A stretch of DNA of 29,150 nucleotides from Candidatus Krumholzibacteriia bacterium (GCA_036478295.1 JAZGDW010000054.1:1-29150); one strand, 5' to 3'. Counted from the stretch's first letter, positions 1 through 9,597 are shown. Notes: generated from the sequence alone by a model not told the origin. Numbers and translations: made by a program.

Positions 1-3000
1 CGTCTGATCGCGCCGGGTCTCGACCCCGACCTCGATTCCCAGGAACTTGTGCGGCAGCCTGACGTCCCGCTGCTGGTTCAAGCGCAAGTTCATACTCAGC
101 GAATTGAACGGAATGTAGGTCGCGGACCCGCTGTTGGTGAGCGCGGCGTCGAAGGTCTCGGGATCCGGCACGAACTGGCCGCCCACGTTGCGAAAACGCT
201 GTCCGGTCCGGCGGGTGGCGTTCATACGAAGGTTGAGCGAGCTGAGCCACCAGCGGAAATGGGTGTTCTTGAACAGCTTCAACCTCGTTTTCCTCTGGGT
301 CCAGTTGATCTGGTAGACCAGCGTGCCGGCCATAGTCAACGAGGTGTCCGCTGAGGACGGCGAGCGCGTACGCGACTGGCTTATCGAGAAATTAGTCCGT
401 AGTTTGTCGAACGTGTACCGGAGAACCGGATTCCGCGACCCGGAGCGGGTGAGCGACGTGCTGAACCCGCGCGTCGTGGTTTCCGTCTTCAGGCTGTCCC
501 GAATCCCTTCGTCCCTGATCTCGGTGTCGCTGTTCGGAACGAACTTGGGCAGGGACGTGATCCGCCTGTAGCTTGCTGACACGGGAATGTTGAATCCGAG
601 GAGCGGGATGAAATGCTGCAGGCTCGTCTTTACGTTGAGCGACAGCGACTCATCGTCGCGACCGCTGCCCCTCTTTTGCCGCAGGCTACGGAAATCCGCG
701 CCGGTTCGCTGCCAGCTGCCGTTGACGCTGACCACATTTCCGAAACTGATCGACCCCGTGGCCCGCTGGGCAAAATCGATGTCCCGCTTGCGGTTGCCCA
801 GGAAAATGTCGTCCAGCCATAACTCCCCGCTGACCTCGGCCCCACTGCGATTGCGGACCCCCGCGTACAGGAAACGGACGGAAAAGAGGTTGGGCAAGCC
901 CTTCATGTGGACCACGTAGCGGCGATTGGGGTCGGCCTTATCCGTGATGATCGCGGTCGTGATTCCCGCCGAATCGGCGGTTTCGAACTTGAGGTCCGTG
1001 ATGTCCGCAAGGTCGACCAGCACACGAACCCATCCACCCGCCGAGAAGAATTGCTGGGTCATGGGGATGGTAATTTCGTAGAAATTCAGGCTGTCGAACG
1101 CCACCTGAAAGTAGTACTCCAGTCCGTTATTGAACTCCTCGGTGTGGGTGAAAAAATTCAAATCCCGGTAGAGTGTCCAGTCGAGCCCGTTACCGGGAAA
1201 CCGCTTGCGAATACGAAAGGATTGGCCGTCCGGTATGTTGTCGTAGTTGACCAGCAGCGACTGTTCCTTCTCGAAGATGTCGTTCTGCTCGCTCGGTCCG
1301 ATCGGCGGTGAATACCGGGTAGGATCCGTCTTGTTGCTGATCACTCCCAGCGTGACGTTGGTGCCGAGCGTGTCGACGCCCGTCAGCAGGCTGTCGGTGA
1401 GCGCCGCACGAATACCGTCCTTCTCCCACCGGTTACCCACCACTTTGAACCCCACGATCTGAAACCTGAGCTCTCCGGGGTTTATGACGTCGCCGATGTG
1501 ATCGAACCAGACTCGCACGTGGGTGATCTGCGCGAGCGTCGGCCGGCCCGCCTCACTCACGGCCTGCGCTTCGGAGAGATCGATCCTGTAGAGCCGCCAG
1601 GAGTCGTTTTGATGGAGGTTTTCTTCGAACCGGTTGCTATTGGGAAACTCCTTGCGAACATCAGTAATCGGCTCGGAGGCGAGGTCCAGCGAAAAAGTGA
1701 AATAGGAATTCGACTGGTCGAGCTGCCCGGAACCGTCCAGGTCCTCGGTATCCAGCAGCAAGTTGCCCTCGGTGCCGTTGATCTGGTCGAAGCGGCCGTT
1801 GATGCGCGACGGAAAGTAGTCGTCATCCGGATCGTCCCCCACATCACCGTTGAAAACCCCGTCCAGCCCGGTATCCTCGGTCAGGGCGGTGAAGCCGTCG
1901 CGATTCTTGTCTTCGGTGTCGAGCACGTTGACTTTCGGCTCAAAGAAATCTTCGTCGATGAGCCCCAGATCGAAATGGATGATGCCGCCTCGTTTTGGTG
2001 CCGTCGGACCCCCTTTAAAATCGTTGATCCACACTTCGAGAAACTGCCCCTGTGACAGGTCGAGCCCGCCGCCCCTGAACCCGGTCATGATACCGGCCCA
2101 TCGCGACGTATCCACGATAGCGCTGACGAACTCGATGTCTAACGAGGGAATCAACGTGCTCTCGCGCTCGTCGAGCTCCGGGTTGAGGTCGCGGCGGGTC
2201 ACCCCGAAAGAGGGCTCGATGTTGTACCACAAGACCGTTTCCTGGCTGTCCGGCTCGAGAGCCGTGAACCCTGTTGCGCTCGTTGTATCCACGAGCACCG
2301 GCGGGCTGGCCGGATTCCACGCCCGGCGCGTGAGCGAGAATTCGTCCGAATCCTCCACGCCTTCGAAGTCGTCTATATAGGCCTCGCCTCTTGTGTTGGG
2401 GTCCGGAAAGCTGACGGCGATTTCTGCCGCCAGATTCACGGTGCTCCTCGCCTCGGTATCGACCAGGGGAAGCTTGTTGACGAGGTTGGTGAGAAAGGAC
2501 GGGTGGTAGGACACGTTGCCGTTGAGGTCGCCGACCACCGCGCGCGACGGCTCCTCGCCCAGGCGGGGCCGCGTCGTCGAGCTCGACTTGGACTCGAACA
2601 ACCACGTGGTGCCGAACTTGCTTGTCTGGGACAGTGTCAACAGCGAGCTGAAACCGAGCAGGGTGCTGGACGCACCCCCGATGAACGGCTTGAACTCGTA
2701 GTCGATGGTGATGTTGGAACTGGGGGTCAGTTCGTCCAGAACGGTACCCTGCAGCTCCACCTCGCCGGTTTCGTAATTGATGGTGTAGTCCCGGTTGCGG
2801 ACCAGCGCGCGCCCGTCGAGCTTCACGATCTCGCTGTTCTCGGTGATGTTGAACGCATCGATGTTGAAGGTCCGCGTGGTGCTGGCCGCGCGAACGATGA
2901 TGCGAAAGCTGTGAAAATCTTCCGGACGCGACAGAAAATCCGTATAGACCTCCGGCCGGCGGATGTTCTCGTACTCCGGACTGAACGCGAACTTGCCGTC

Positions 3001-4854
3001 GGTCCACACGGCGACCGAATCGTCGGGCGGATTGAACGGCGTGAGAATAGGAAAGGTCAGTATCCCACGATCGGCGTCGATCAAGCCCCTGATGAGGTCG
3101 ACCCTGCTGTCCGGCGGGCCGACGCCAGAGACGTCGGTACGGTCGAGACCAAAGACGCGGATCCATGGCACTTCGGAGCCCTCGGGGATCGACGGGTCCA
3201 GCCGGTTGGCGCGGTCCTCGATCTCGAGTTCGAGCGTCGCTTCATCGATGTTCGAGAGCCCCAGATTGTAGATGTGCCGCATCATGAACTGCCAGGTGTA
3301 TCCGAACTGGTTGGTGGGCCGAGGGTCCCAGGGCTTTATGAGCTCCAGGGCCAGCGTATCCGTAAAATTGTCGAGATTGCCGATCGTGTCTCCGAGGACG
3401 TTGACGTAGCGCACGGCCAGGACGGTGGTTTTCGCCACCGACCGGATCATCTCCAACCCGACAATCGATTCGTCCACGGCGTTCAAAACATAACGATAAT
3501 CTTCGTCGAACGTGAGCAGCTTGAAGTTGCGATCCTCGAAGGGCGGCGGCGGGCGACGGGCGGCGATGTCAGCTCGGGCATCGCGGATGTTGCGGCCGCG
3601 GCCAAACGAATCCACCCAGGCCTTACCCGGAAAAGTCACCAATTCCGGGTTGGTCTGTCGTTCTATATCCGAGACCGACTCGAAGACTTCCAGCGAGGTC
3701 TCCTTGTCGTCGATTCCGAAGAAGGCGTTGATCGAGTCCGGCGCGTCCAGAAAGAAATATGTATCCTTGACGAAATCGATATCGCGAATGATGCGCCTCT
3801 CCGTCTGCCCGATGGTCCCCCCACGCGAGTTGAACGTCGCCCGCGAGGTCTCGCCCTCTTCCTTACTGGCGATCATGGTGATATCCATCGGTCCGACCTG
3901 CGCCAGGGCCTTGATGCCGAACAGGCCCTGCGAGGAGCCGGAGAAGCTCACCAGTTGCGAGCCTGGCAGCGTGAGGCTCGTGTTTCCAAGCTCGACCCTT
4001 TGTATGATGTCGTCCTCGAAGCCGACGTAGTTGAGGCGGATCTGGTTCTGATCGGAGGCAATCGCCTGGCTGGAGTGGTCGACCTGCACGTTGAGTTTCT
4101 CACCGATCTGTCCCTGCAGGCGTACGTCGAGTTCCTGCCGCATGTCCAGCGAGGGAAAAAGCGATTGCTTCTGTTGTCCCTCGACGCCGATGAACGGGCT
4201 GACCCTTCTCGACTCGCCCGAAATGGTAATGCTCTCGCGGCCCGATATGGTGATGTTGGTTTCTTCACCGCGCCCGATAATACTCTCGACGACACCGGGC
4301 AGCGGGATGGGGATGGGAACGTTGATTCCTGAGGTTCGCACGCCTTCGCCGCGGCGCCGCGCGTTGATCGATGCGACAATCGTTTCCTGCCACACCTCAT
4401 GGGATGACCGGCGGCGCTCGGCTTCTGCGATCTCGTCGATAAACCCCAGTTCTATAACGAGGCCCGGGGCGTCCAGGTCACGCGGCACCAAATACAAAAA
4501 CGCACCATCGCGAACTTCGTCGAATTCGAACCGGCTGGTAATGGGATGCCGGAAGATCATCCTCATGAAGGTGCCCGGAAAGTATTCTTCCCCGATCCTC
4601 TCGCGCCGGAAGTCCGTGGTCAGAAAATTCGGCAGCGTGTGGTACTCGCCGAGCTTGAGTCGGTCCAGCGGCACCCGTGCCGTGGTGTCGAAGGGCGCGT
4701 TCACATTCAGGGTGGAGAACTCGTCCAGGGAGAATTGAAACTTCTGAGCCGATGCGTCGGCCGCAGGGCCGGCAACGAGTCCGGCCAGGACAAGCCACAG
4801 GCACACGGCCAGGGGCAGCCGTCTCGAGGAAGAGAATGAATATAACTTGGCCAC
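1..4854 (-). CDS. sprA: Type IX secretion system outer-membrane translocon SprA/Sov homolog, 3' end beyond window (>=1618 aa)
   Basis: Not in the ORF track because the frame has no stop inside the window. Hand translation from GTG 4854 gives a signal peptide (RRLPLAVCLWLVLAGLVAGPAADASA-Q), then SprA motifs: DMRQELDVRLQGQIGEKLNVQVD, YVGFEDDIIQRVELGNTSLTLPGSQLVSFSGSSQGLFGIK, MMRHIYNLG, and ENSEIVKLDGRALVRNRDYTINYETGEV. The frame is still open at base 1 (RLPHKFLGIEVGVETRRDQT). Start codon uncertain (in-frame TTG at 4872). Confidence 0.92.
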   Translation of the reverse strand, partial: MAKLYSFSSSRRLPLAVCLWLVLAGLVAGPAADASAQKFQFSLDEFSTLNVNAPFDTTARVPLDRLKLGEYHTLPNFLTTDFRRERIGEEYFPGTFMRMIFRHPITSRFEFDEVRDGAFLYLVPRDLDAPGLVIELGFIDEIAEAERRRSSHEVWQETIVASINARRRGEGVRTSGINVPIPIPLPGVVESIIGRGEETNITISGRESITISGESRRVSPFIGVEGQQKQSLFPSLDMRQELDVRLQGQIGEKLNVQVDHSSQAIASDQNQIRLNYVGFEDDIIQRVELGNTSLTLPGSQLVSFSGSSQGLFGIKALAQVGPMDITMIASKEEGETSRATFNSRGGTIGQTERRIIRDIDFVKDTYFFLDAPDSINAFFGIDDKETSLEVFESVSDIERQTNPELVTFPGKAWVDSFGRGRNIRDARADIAARRPPPPFEDRNFKLLTFDEDYRYVLNAVDESIVGLEMIRSVAKTTVLAVRYVNVLGDTIGNLDNFTDTLALELIKPWDPRPTNQFGYTWQFMMRHIYNLGLSNIDEATLELEIEDRANRLDPSIPEGSEVPWIRVFGLDRTDVSGVGPPDSRVDLIRGLIDADRGILTFPILTPFNPPDDSVAVWTDGKFAFSPEYENIRRPEVYTDFLSRPEDFHSFRIIVRAASTTRTFNIDAFNITENSEIVKLDGRALVRNRDYTINYETGEVELQGTVLDELTPSSNITIDYEFKPFIGGASSTLLGFSSLLTLSQTSKFGTTWLFESKSSSTTRPRLGEEPSRAVVGDLNGNVSYHPSFLTNLVNKLPLVDTEARSTVNLAAEIAVSFPDPNTRGEAYIDDFEGVEDSDEFSLTRRAWNPASPPVLVDTTSATGFTALEPDSQETVLWYNIEPSFGVTRRDLNPELDERESTLIPSLDIEFVSAIVDTSRWAGIMTGFRGGGLDLSQGQFLEVWINDFKGGPTAPKRGGIIHFDLGLIDEDFFEPKVNVLDTEDKNRDGFTALTEDTGLDGVFNGDVGDDPDDDYFPSRINGRFDQINGTEGNLLLDTEDLDGSGQLDQSNSYFTFSLDLASEPITDVRKEFPNSNRFEENLHQNDSWRLYRIDLSEAQAVSEAGRPTLAQITHVRVWFDHIGDVINPGELRFQIVGFKVVGNRWEKDGIRAALTDSLLTGVDTLGTNVTLGVISNKTDPTRYSPPIGPSEQNDIFEKEQSLLVNYDNIPDGQSFRIRKRFPGNGLDWTLYRDLNFFTHTEEFNNGLEYYFQVAFDSLNFYEITIPMTQQFFSAGGWVRVLVDLADITDLKFETADSAGITTAIITDKADPNRRYVVHMKGLPNLFSVRFLYAGVRNRSGAEVSGELWLDDIFLGNRKRDIDFAQRATGSISFGNVVSVNGSWQRTGADFRSLRQKRGSGRDDESLSLNVKTSLQHFIPLLGFNIPVSASYRRITSLPKFVPNSDTEIRDEGIRDSLKTETTTRGFSTSLTRSGSRNPVLRYTFDKLRTNFSISQSRTRSPSSADTSLTMAGTLVYQINWTQRKTRLKLFKNTHFRWWLSSLNLRMNATRRTGQRFRNVGGQFVPDPETFDAALTNSGSATYIPFNSLSMNLRLNQQRDVRLPHKFLGIEVGVETRRDQT

Positions 4855-4962
4855 GTTTCTAGGAACGATCAAAAGAACATCACACGAACCTGGAATGGGG
4901 GGGTCCTGGAATCTCGCGGACAATCAGGTGTTTAAGGGACAGTGCCTTGCCGGTCACCCGGG

Positions 4963-5011
4963 TGTCCATTTTCTGATACAAAACGCCGCCGGATGTCCCT
5001 CATCGGATACA
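4963..5011. promoter_or_regulatory. Pair of TGT-N12-ACA dyads (putative enhancer-binding-protein sites)
   Basis: TGTCCATTTTCTGATACA (4963-4980) and TGTCCCTCATCGGATACA (4994-5011). Both read TGTCC-N7-GATACA and start 31 bp (about 3 helical turns) apart, in the divergent sprA/lptF intergenic region. Confidence 0.45.
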
Positions 5012-5038
5012 GTTTCAGAAACAGGCGACACCCCTCCC

Positions 5039-5054
5039 CGGCACCTTCCGTGCG
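5039..5054 (+). promoter_or_regulatory. Possible sigma-54 (-24/-12) promoter for lptFG
   Basis: CGGCACCTTCCGTGCG has GG-N10-GC spacing and a GGCAC core. It is an imperfect match to TGGCAC-N5-TTGC and lies just downstream of the two dyads. Confidence 0.35.
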
Positions 5055-5184
5055 AAAAAGGCGCGCCCAGCAAAGGGGCCTAACATCCACAATGTCTGAA
5101 ACTACAAACTGCTTGTAAACAAAAGAATTATTTGTATTATTTAAGCGATCGACCTGCCGTTTTACCGTACCGAGGTAATCTACT

Positions 5185-6618
5185 GTGATTCTCGAACGCT
5201 ACATCCTCCGCAACTATGTCGGCCCTTTCCTCTTCTCGATGTCGCTCATAACGTTCTTGTTTATAATGGATTTCGTTCTCCGCTATATCGACCTCTTCCT
5301 GAACAAAGGAGTCGACTTTCTTATTGTCCTGCAAGCGTTTATCCTGAGTCTTGGTCACATGTTTGCATTAATCATACCAATGGCCGTCCTGCCCGCGACG
5401 CTCATGTCCTTCGGCAACCTCGCCTCCGAGAATGAAATAATCGCCATGCGGGCCAACGGGATCAGCCTCTACCGGATGATTATGCCCGCCGTGGCCCTGG
5501 GCGCTGCGCTGACCGTGGGGATGATCTTGTTCAACAACTACGTCCTGCCGGAGAGCAACCACAAACTGCTCAACCTTCTCATCGATATCAACAAAAAGAA
5601 ACCGACCGTGGAGATAAAAGAAAATGTGTTCATTAATGCCTTCAAGGGCTACACGATTTACGTGCGGCACAAGGATGACAAGAGCGGGGTAATTCGCGAC
5701 GTCCAGATCTTTCGTCACAACCAGGGCGGAAGGCTCCCCACCACGATTCTCGCCGAAAAAGGTCACTTGCAGTACTTGGAGCGCGAGAACACGCTCCGGT
5801 TCGAGCTCGAAAACGGCGAGATTCACGAAATGCCCGAGGGCAGCGATCCCTCGACGTACCGCAGGACCGAGTTCAAGAACTACGTGATCAATATCGAGGA
5901 CGTGGACCGTTCCCTGCGACGAACCGAGCGAAATTACCGGGGTGACCGCGAAATGAACGTGAAGCAGATGCAGGACAAGATAGCAGGCATACGCACGGAC
6001 ATCACGGGTGTGGATGCCAAGATGGCGAGTATGGCCGGCGAGCAGGCGGCAATCGTGTTCGGCCTGCTCAACGCGGCGGTCCGTGACTCGGTGCTGAACC
6101 GGTCACCAGGGGCGGACAAGACCTCCGCCGATGCCGGAGTCGACGCGGCCAGGCCACGTGTTGCGCTCGCCGGTAGTGAGAAGGCGTTTCGAGGCCCGCA
6201 AAGTGGAAACAAGGCGGGCATCACACACCGGGCACTCGACAGCCAGAAGAAAATCAAGGAGTCCTATTTTCGACAGATAAACCGCTACCGGGTGGAGATA
6301 CACAAGAAATTCTCCATCCCCTTCGCCTGCCTCATATTCGTGTTGATTGGTTCGCCCCTCGCCGTTCGCATGGGGCGCTCGGGAATGAATACCGCAGTCG
6401 GCTTAAGTGTTCTTGTCTTCCTGGTATATTACGTCTGTTTGATCGGTGGCGAGAAGCTCGCCGACCGCCGCATCGTGAGCCCGATCATCGCCATGTGGGC
6501 GCCCAACCTGATTTTTGGGATCGCCGCCTACTTCCTGATCCGCCGGGCTTCTGCCGAATACAGCGTTTTCCGATGGAACGACCTGAACCCCTTGCGATTT
6601 CTTCAGCGGGCCTCATGA
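5185..6618 (+). CDS. lptF: LPS export ABC transporter permease LptF (YjgP/YjgQ family), long form
   Basis: ILERYILR N-terminus, 3 TM helices, FGNLASENEIIAMRANGIS motif, periplasmic beta domain, EIHKKFSIPFAC, 3 TM helices, AMWAPN. GTG start. Confidence 0.9.
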   Translation: MILERYILRNYVGPFLFSMSLITFLFIMDFVLRYIDLFLNKGVDFLIVLQAFILSLGHMFALIIPMAVLPATLMSFGNLASENEIIAMRANGISLYRMIMPAVALGAALTVGMILFNNYVLPESNHKLLNLLIDINKKKPTVEIKENVFINAFKGYTIYVRHKDDKSGVIRDVQIFRHNQGGRLPTTILAEKGHLQYLERENTLRFELENGEIHEMPEGSDPSTYRRTEFKNYVINIEDVDRSLRRTERNYRGDREMNVKQMQDKIAGIRTDITGVDAKMASMAGEQAAIVFGLLNAAVRDSVLNRSPGADKTSADAGVDAARPRVALAGSEKAFRGPQSGNKAGITHRALDSQKKIKESYFRQINRYRVEIHKKFSIPFACLIFVLIGSPLAVRMGRSGMNTAVGLSVLVFLVYYVCLIGGEKLADRRIVSPIIAMWAPNLIFGIAAYFLIRRASAEYSVFRWNDLNPLRFLQRAS

Positions 6619-7697
6619 CTTCGCGTATTCACGACCGATACCTCCTGCGGCAGTTTGTCAGGATTTTTCTTATCAGCATTGTGTCGTTCACCCTCGTCTA
6701 CGTCACGATTGATACCTTCGAAGAAATCGACAATTTCATCGACCACGAGGCCTCCATTCTTAATATCGTCCGTTATTATGTTTACTCGCTACCGTTCATG
6801 CTCACCTATATCATCCCCGTGTCCATGCTCCTCGGTACGATATTTTCGATGGGCATTATGGCGCGGCGAAACGAGTTGACCGCCTTCATTGCTTCCGGGC
6901 TAAGTCTCATACGCATCGCCCGCCCGATTCTGATCACGGCGGTCCTGGTTACGGTCTCTTCCATCTTCTTCAACGATGTAATCGTGACCAGCGCCACTAT
7001 CAAGCGCAAGGAGGTAAAACGGTACGACATCGAGGGGCGGGCGCGCTCGAATCCGCTTCTCAAGGAGAACTTCCATTACCTGGGCGAGAACGGCTACGTC
7101 TACCTGGCTGCGAGATACAATCATCAGACGAAGACGCTGTTCGAGGTGGTGCTGCAGCAGTTCAGCGGCAACACGCTGACCCGCCGCATAGACGCCAGGA
7201 GCGCGAAATGGATCAACGAGCAATGGGTTTTCAATACTGGCTTCGAACGAGTTTTCGAGTCCCGTAGTGAGACGGTCCACGCCTTTACGCGCCTGTCTAT
7301 GCCAGAGCTCAGAGAGTCGCCGGACAATTTCGTTGAGAAGGAAGTGGACCCCGAGAATATGAATCTCAGGGAATTGAGGGCCTACATCAACAAGGTCAGA
7401 AAAGGCGGGGGCAACGTCGAACGGCACCTGACCGACCTCTACGGCAAATTCGCCTACCCTATCGCAGGATCGATTTTCGTCCTTCTGGGGATCGCGTTCG
7501 CCACCGGCAAGCGAAAGCAATCGATCGCCACGGGCTTCGGGCTCACCCTGCTCATAAGCTTCATATATTATGGAGTGTTACAGGTCGGGCAAACGCTCGG
7601 GTACAACGGCCGTCTGCCTCCTCTGCTTGCGGCCGAGATGGGAAACCTCTTATTTTTGATTATCGGGGCTGGCCTGCTCGTCAGGGCAAATCAATGA
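6615..7697 (+). CDS. lptG: LPS export ABC transporter permease LptG (YjgP/YjgQ family)
   Basis: ATG 6615 overlaps the lptF stop (ATGA). RIHDRYLLRQF, MARRNELTAFIASGLS, KFAYP, LPPLLAAEMGN. Confidence 0.9.
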   Translation: MTSRIHDRYLLRQFVRIFLISIVSFTLVYVTIDTFEEIDNFIDHEASILNIVRYYVYSLPFMLTYIIPVSMLLGTIFSMGIMARRNELTAFIASGLSLIRIARPILITAVLVTVSSIFFNDVIVTSATIKRKEVKRYDIEGRARSNPLLKENFHYLGENGYVYLAARYNHQTKTLFEVVLQQFSGNTLTRRIDARSAKWINEQWVFNTGFERVFESRSETVHAFTRLSMPELRESPDNFVEKEVDPENMNLRELRAYINKVRKGGGNVERHLTDLYGKFAYPIAGSIFVLLGIAFATGKRKQSIATGFGLTLLISFIYYGVLQVGQTLGYNGRLPPLLAAEMGNLLFLIIGAGLLVRANQ

Positions 7698-9361
7698 CGC
7701 TTTTTTTAATCATAAACATCCTCGTGGCGTTCCTCTTTGGGGCGACGACGGCCGCGGCGGGCACGCCCAGCTACAAGGTGACGAGGGCAGACGTCGTGAA
7801 ACTTCCGCGGGAGATGCAGAAGACTTTTGCCGGCCTGCAGTACCTCCTCAACCCGTATCAGATGCGCCAGTTTCTCTCACTGCAAGACAACGATGCGCGG
7901 GTGGAGTGGATAAGGCTGTTCTGGAAGCAGCGGGACCCCACTCCGACCGCACGCAAGAACGAGATGGAAGTCGAACACACCATCCGCGTCAAGTTGGCGA
8001 GCCAGTTCTACCGCAGCAAGAAATGGCCCGGTTGGGACAAGCGGGGGGAGGTTTTCATCCGCTACGGTCCGCCGGACTATCGTGGCAAGATATGGGGGGA
8101 AGTCACCGTCAATCGCGGCATGAGTCCTCCGGGAGAACTGTGGTATTACCGGAGACACAACATGCTGGTCTCGTTCCAGAATTTCGGGCTCAAAGGGGAA
8201 TACATCTACGCGATCGATCCACTTGGGGCTTCGGAGAACATCTCGCCGGAGTTCGCGGACTTTCTGCTCTACGATACCGGCGAGTCGCTGACCAAGAAGA
8301 TTCCGCAGAGTTACCTCGAATCCTATGCCGAACCGTTGTACAGCAATCCCGCCCAGTTCGGTACCCCGGACCGGGAACAGGCCTACCTGGCGGCCCGGCC
8401 GAGAGAGCTGGCAGATGCCATCGACGCTCTGATGGATCCGGACCGGGTCGAGATGCTGCCCAAGGATGTTTCCGCGGTGTTTCAAGCGGACCAGATACGG
8501 AAGGTGGCCAATAATTTTGAAGCCGTCCTGGAGGACACCCCTTCCAGCTATCCCTTCAATTTCGAGGAAAAAACTCTGACGTTCTACTTCGGCATCGATC
8601 AATTCAAAGGCGGGGAGACCCGCAACCGCGTCGACGTGCAGATCGAGATTCCGGTCGTCATCGAATCCCGCCGGGGCTCGACGTTCGAGGAAACGTTTCA
8701 CACGGAAGTCGTCGTGTGGGACTCGCAGTTCAATGAGCTGTCGCGGAAAGAGAAGGTCATCGTACTGAGAGCAGGCCCCGACGTCGCCACGTGGTCCAAC
8801 CTGCTGCCGACGCAGATACCTCTGCTGCTCGAAGCGGGCTACTATCGCATGGCCATCTCGGTTCGGGCTGTAGAATCGGGCAAGTCCGCCTCGTTCCGCA
8901 CCACGTTCAACTGCGACTTGTTCGAAGGCCAGCTGGCGCTGAGCGACATCCTGTTTGCGCGACGCATATCGCAGGCCGAGAATCCCACCGTCTTCACTCG
9001 CGGCGCCCTGGACGTTATCCCCCATCCGCTTCGCGCCTACAGTCGGTCCGTGTCGATGCCGCTCTATTTCGAGGTGTACAATCTGACGACCGACGCCACT
9101 GGTGTCTCCTCCTACACGGTCGAGTACAAGATCATCCCCCATGAGAGAGAAAAGAAGCGCTTCTGGCAGCGTTTCCGGCAGAGTACGCCGGTGATTTCCT
9201 CGAGATTCCATTCCTCGGGATATGGGGAGACCGAGATCCAACACATTACGGTGAATATGGAAAACCTGAAGAAGGGCTCCTTCGACCTCCTGATCACGCT
9301 CACCGACGATCTTTCCGAGCAGGTGACGTTCAAGCGGGGCACGTTCTCCCTGATCGACTAG
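7694..9361 (+). CDS. Secreted GWxTD-domain protein (555 aa)
   Basis: Signal peptide. FWKQRDPTPTARKNE...EH..RV..A....PGWDKRGEVFIRYGPPD...ELWYY matches the GWxTD domain pattern (variant motif). The C-terminal beta-rich region (LALSDILFA, IPHP.RAY, LYFEVYNL) is typical of these proteins. ATGA overlap with the lptG stop. Confidence 0.85.
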   Translation: MTLFLIINILVAFLFGATTAAAGTPSYKVTRADVVKLPREMQKTFAGLQYLLNPYQMRQFLSLQDNDARVEWIRLFWKQRDPTPTARKNEMEVEHTIRVKLASQFYRSKKWPGWDKRGEVFIRYGPPDYRGKIWGEVTVNRGMSPPGELWYYRRHNMLVSFQNFGLKGEYIYAIDPLGASENISPEFADFLLYDTGESLTKKIPQSYLESYAEPLYSNPAQFGTPDREQAYLAARPRELADAIDALMDPDRVEMLPKDVSAVFQADQIRKVANNFEAVLEDTPSSYPFNFEEKTLTFYFGIDQFKGGETRNRVDVQIEIPVVIESRRGSTFEETFHTEVVVWDSQFNELSRKEKVIVLRAGPDVATWSNLLPTQIPLLLEAGYYRMAISVRAVESGKSASFRTTFNCDLFEGQLALSDILFARRISQAENPTVFTRGALDVIPHPLRAYSRSVSMPLYFEVYNLTTDATGVSSYTVEYKIIPHEREKKRFWQRFRQSTPVISSRFHSSGYGETEIQHITVNMENLKKGSFDLLITLTDDLSEQVTFKRGTFSLID

Positions 9362-9413
9362 CCTTTGTCGTAGACCGCGGGTCCAAACTGACCCATCTTC
9401 TCTTGTCGCAAGG

Positions 9414-9534
9414 GGCGGTGCGTTGTTGGATTGCCTCCTTCGCCGTGCTCCACTTCGCTCGGCTTCCCGCCTGCGGCGGGTGATCCTCACTCGTTCCCGC
9501 AACGGCTCCGTCACCAACCCAACAACGCACCACC
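9414..9534 (-). repeat. 121-bp structured dispersed repeat, copy A (REP/MITE-like)
   Basis: Reverse complement GGTGGTGCGTTGTTGGGTTGGTGACGGAGCCGTT...CCCGCCGCAGGCGGG...GCGAAGTGGAGC...CAATCCAACAACGCACCGCC aligns without gaps to copies at 10588 and 25607. Ends are ~22-bp inverted repeats. Confidence 0.9.
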
Positions 9535-9597
9535 CCGCGCTGCAAGTGGAGTCCAGGAACGACACCACCCCGATGGTCCGCCGACGACTCTCCGCGC

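Noticed and set aside
49..4839. Many track ORFs over 1-4.8 kb, including 2503..4332 (+, 609 aa) and 2015..3166 (-, 383 aa)
   Set aside because: Antisense or off-frame shadows of sprA. The long + ORFs share its codon register, as expected from GC-biased codon usage, and have no recognisable motifs.
6495..6614. Longer 400-aa start for lptG
   Set aside because: It overlaps lptF by 124 bp. ATG 6615 gives the typical IxDRY N-terminus and an ATGA coupling.
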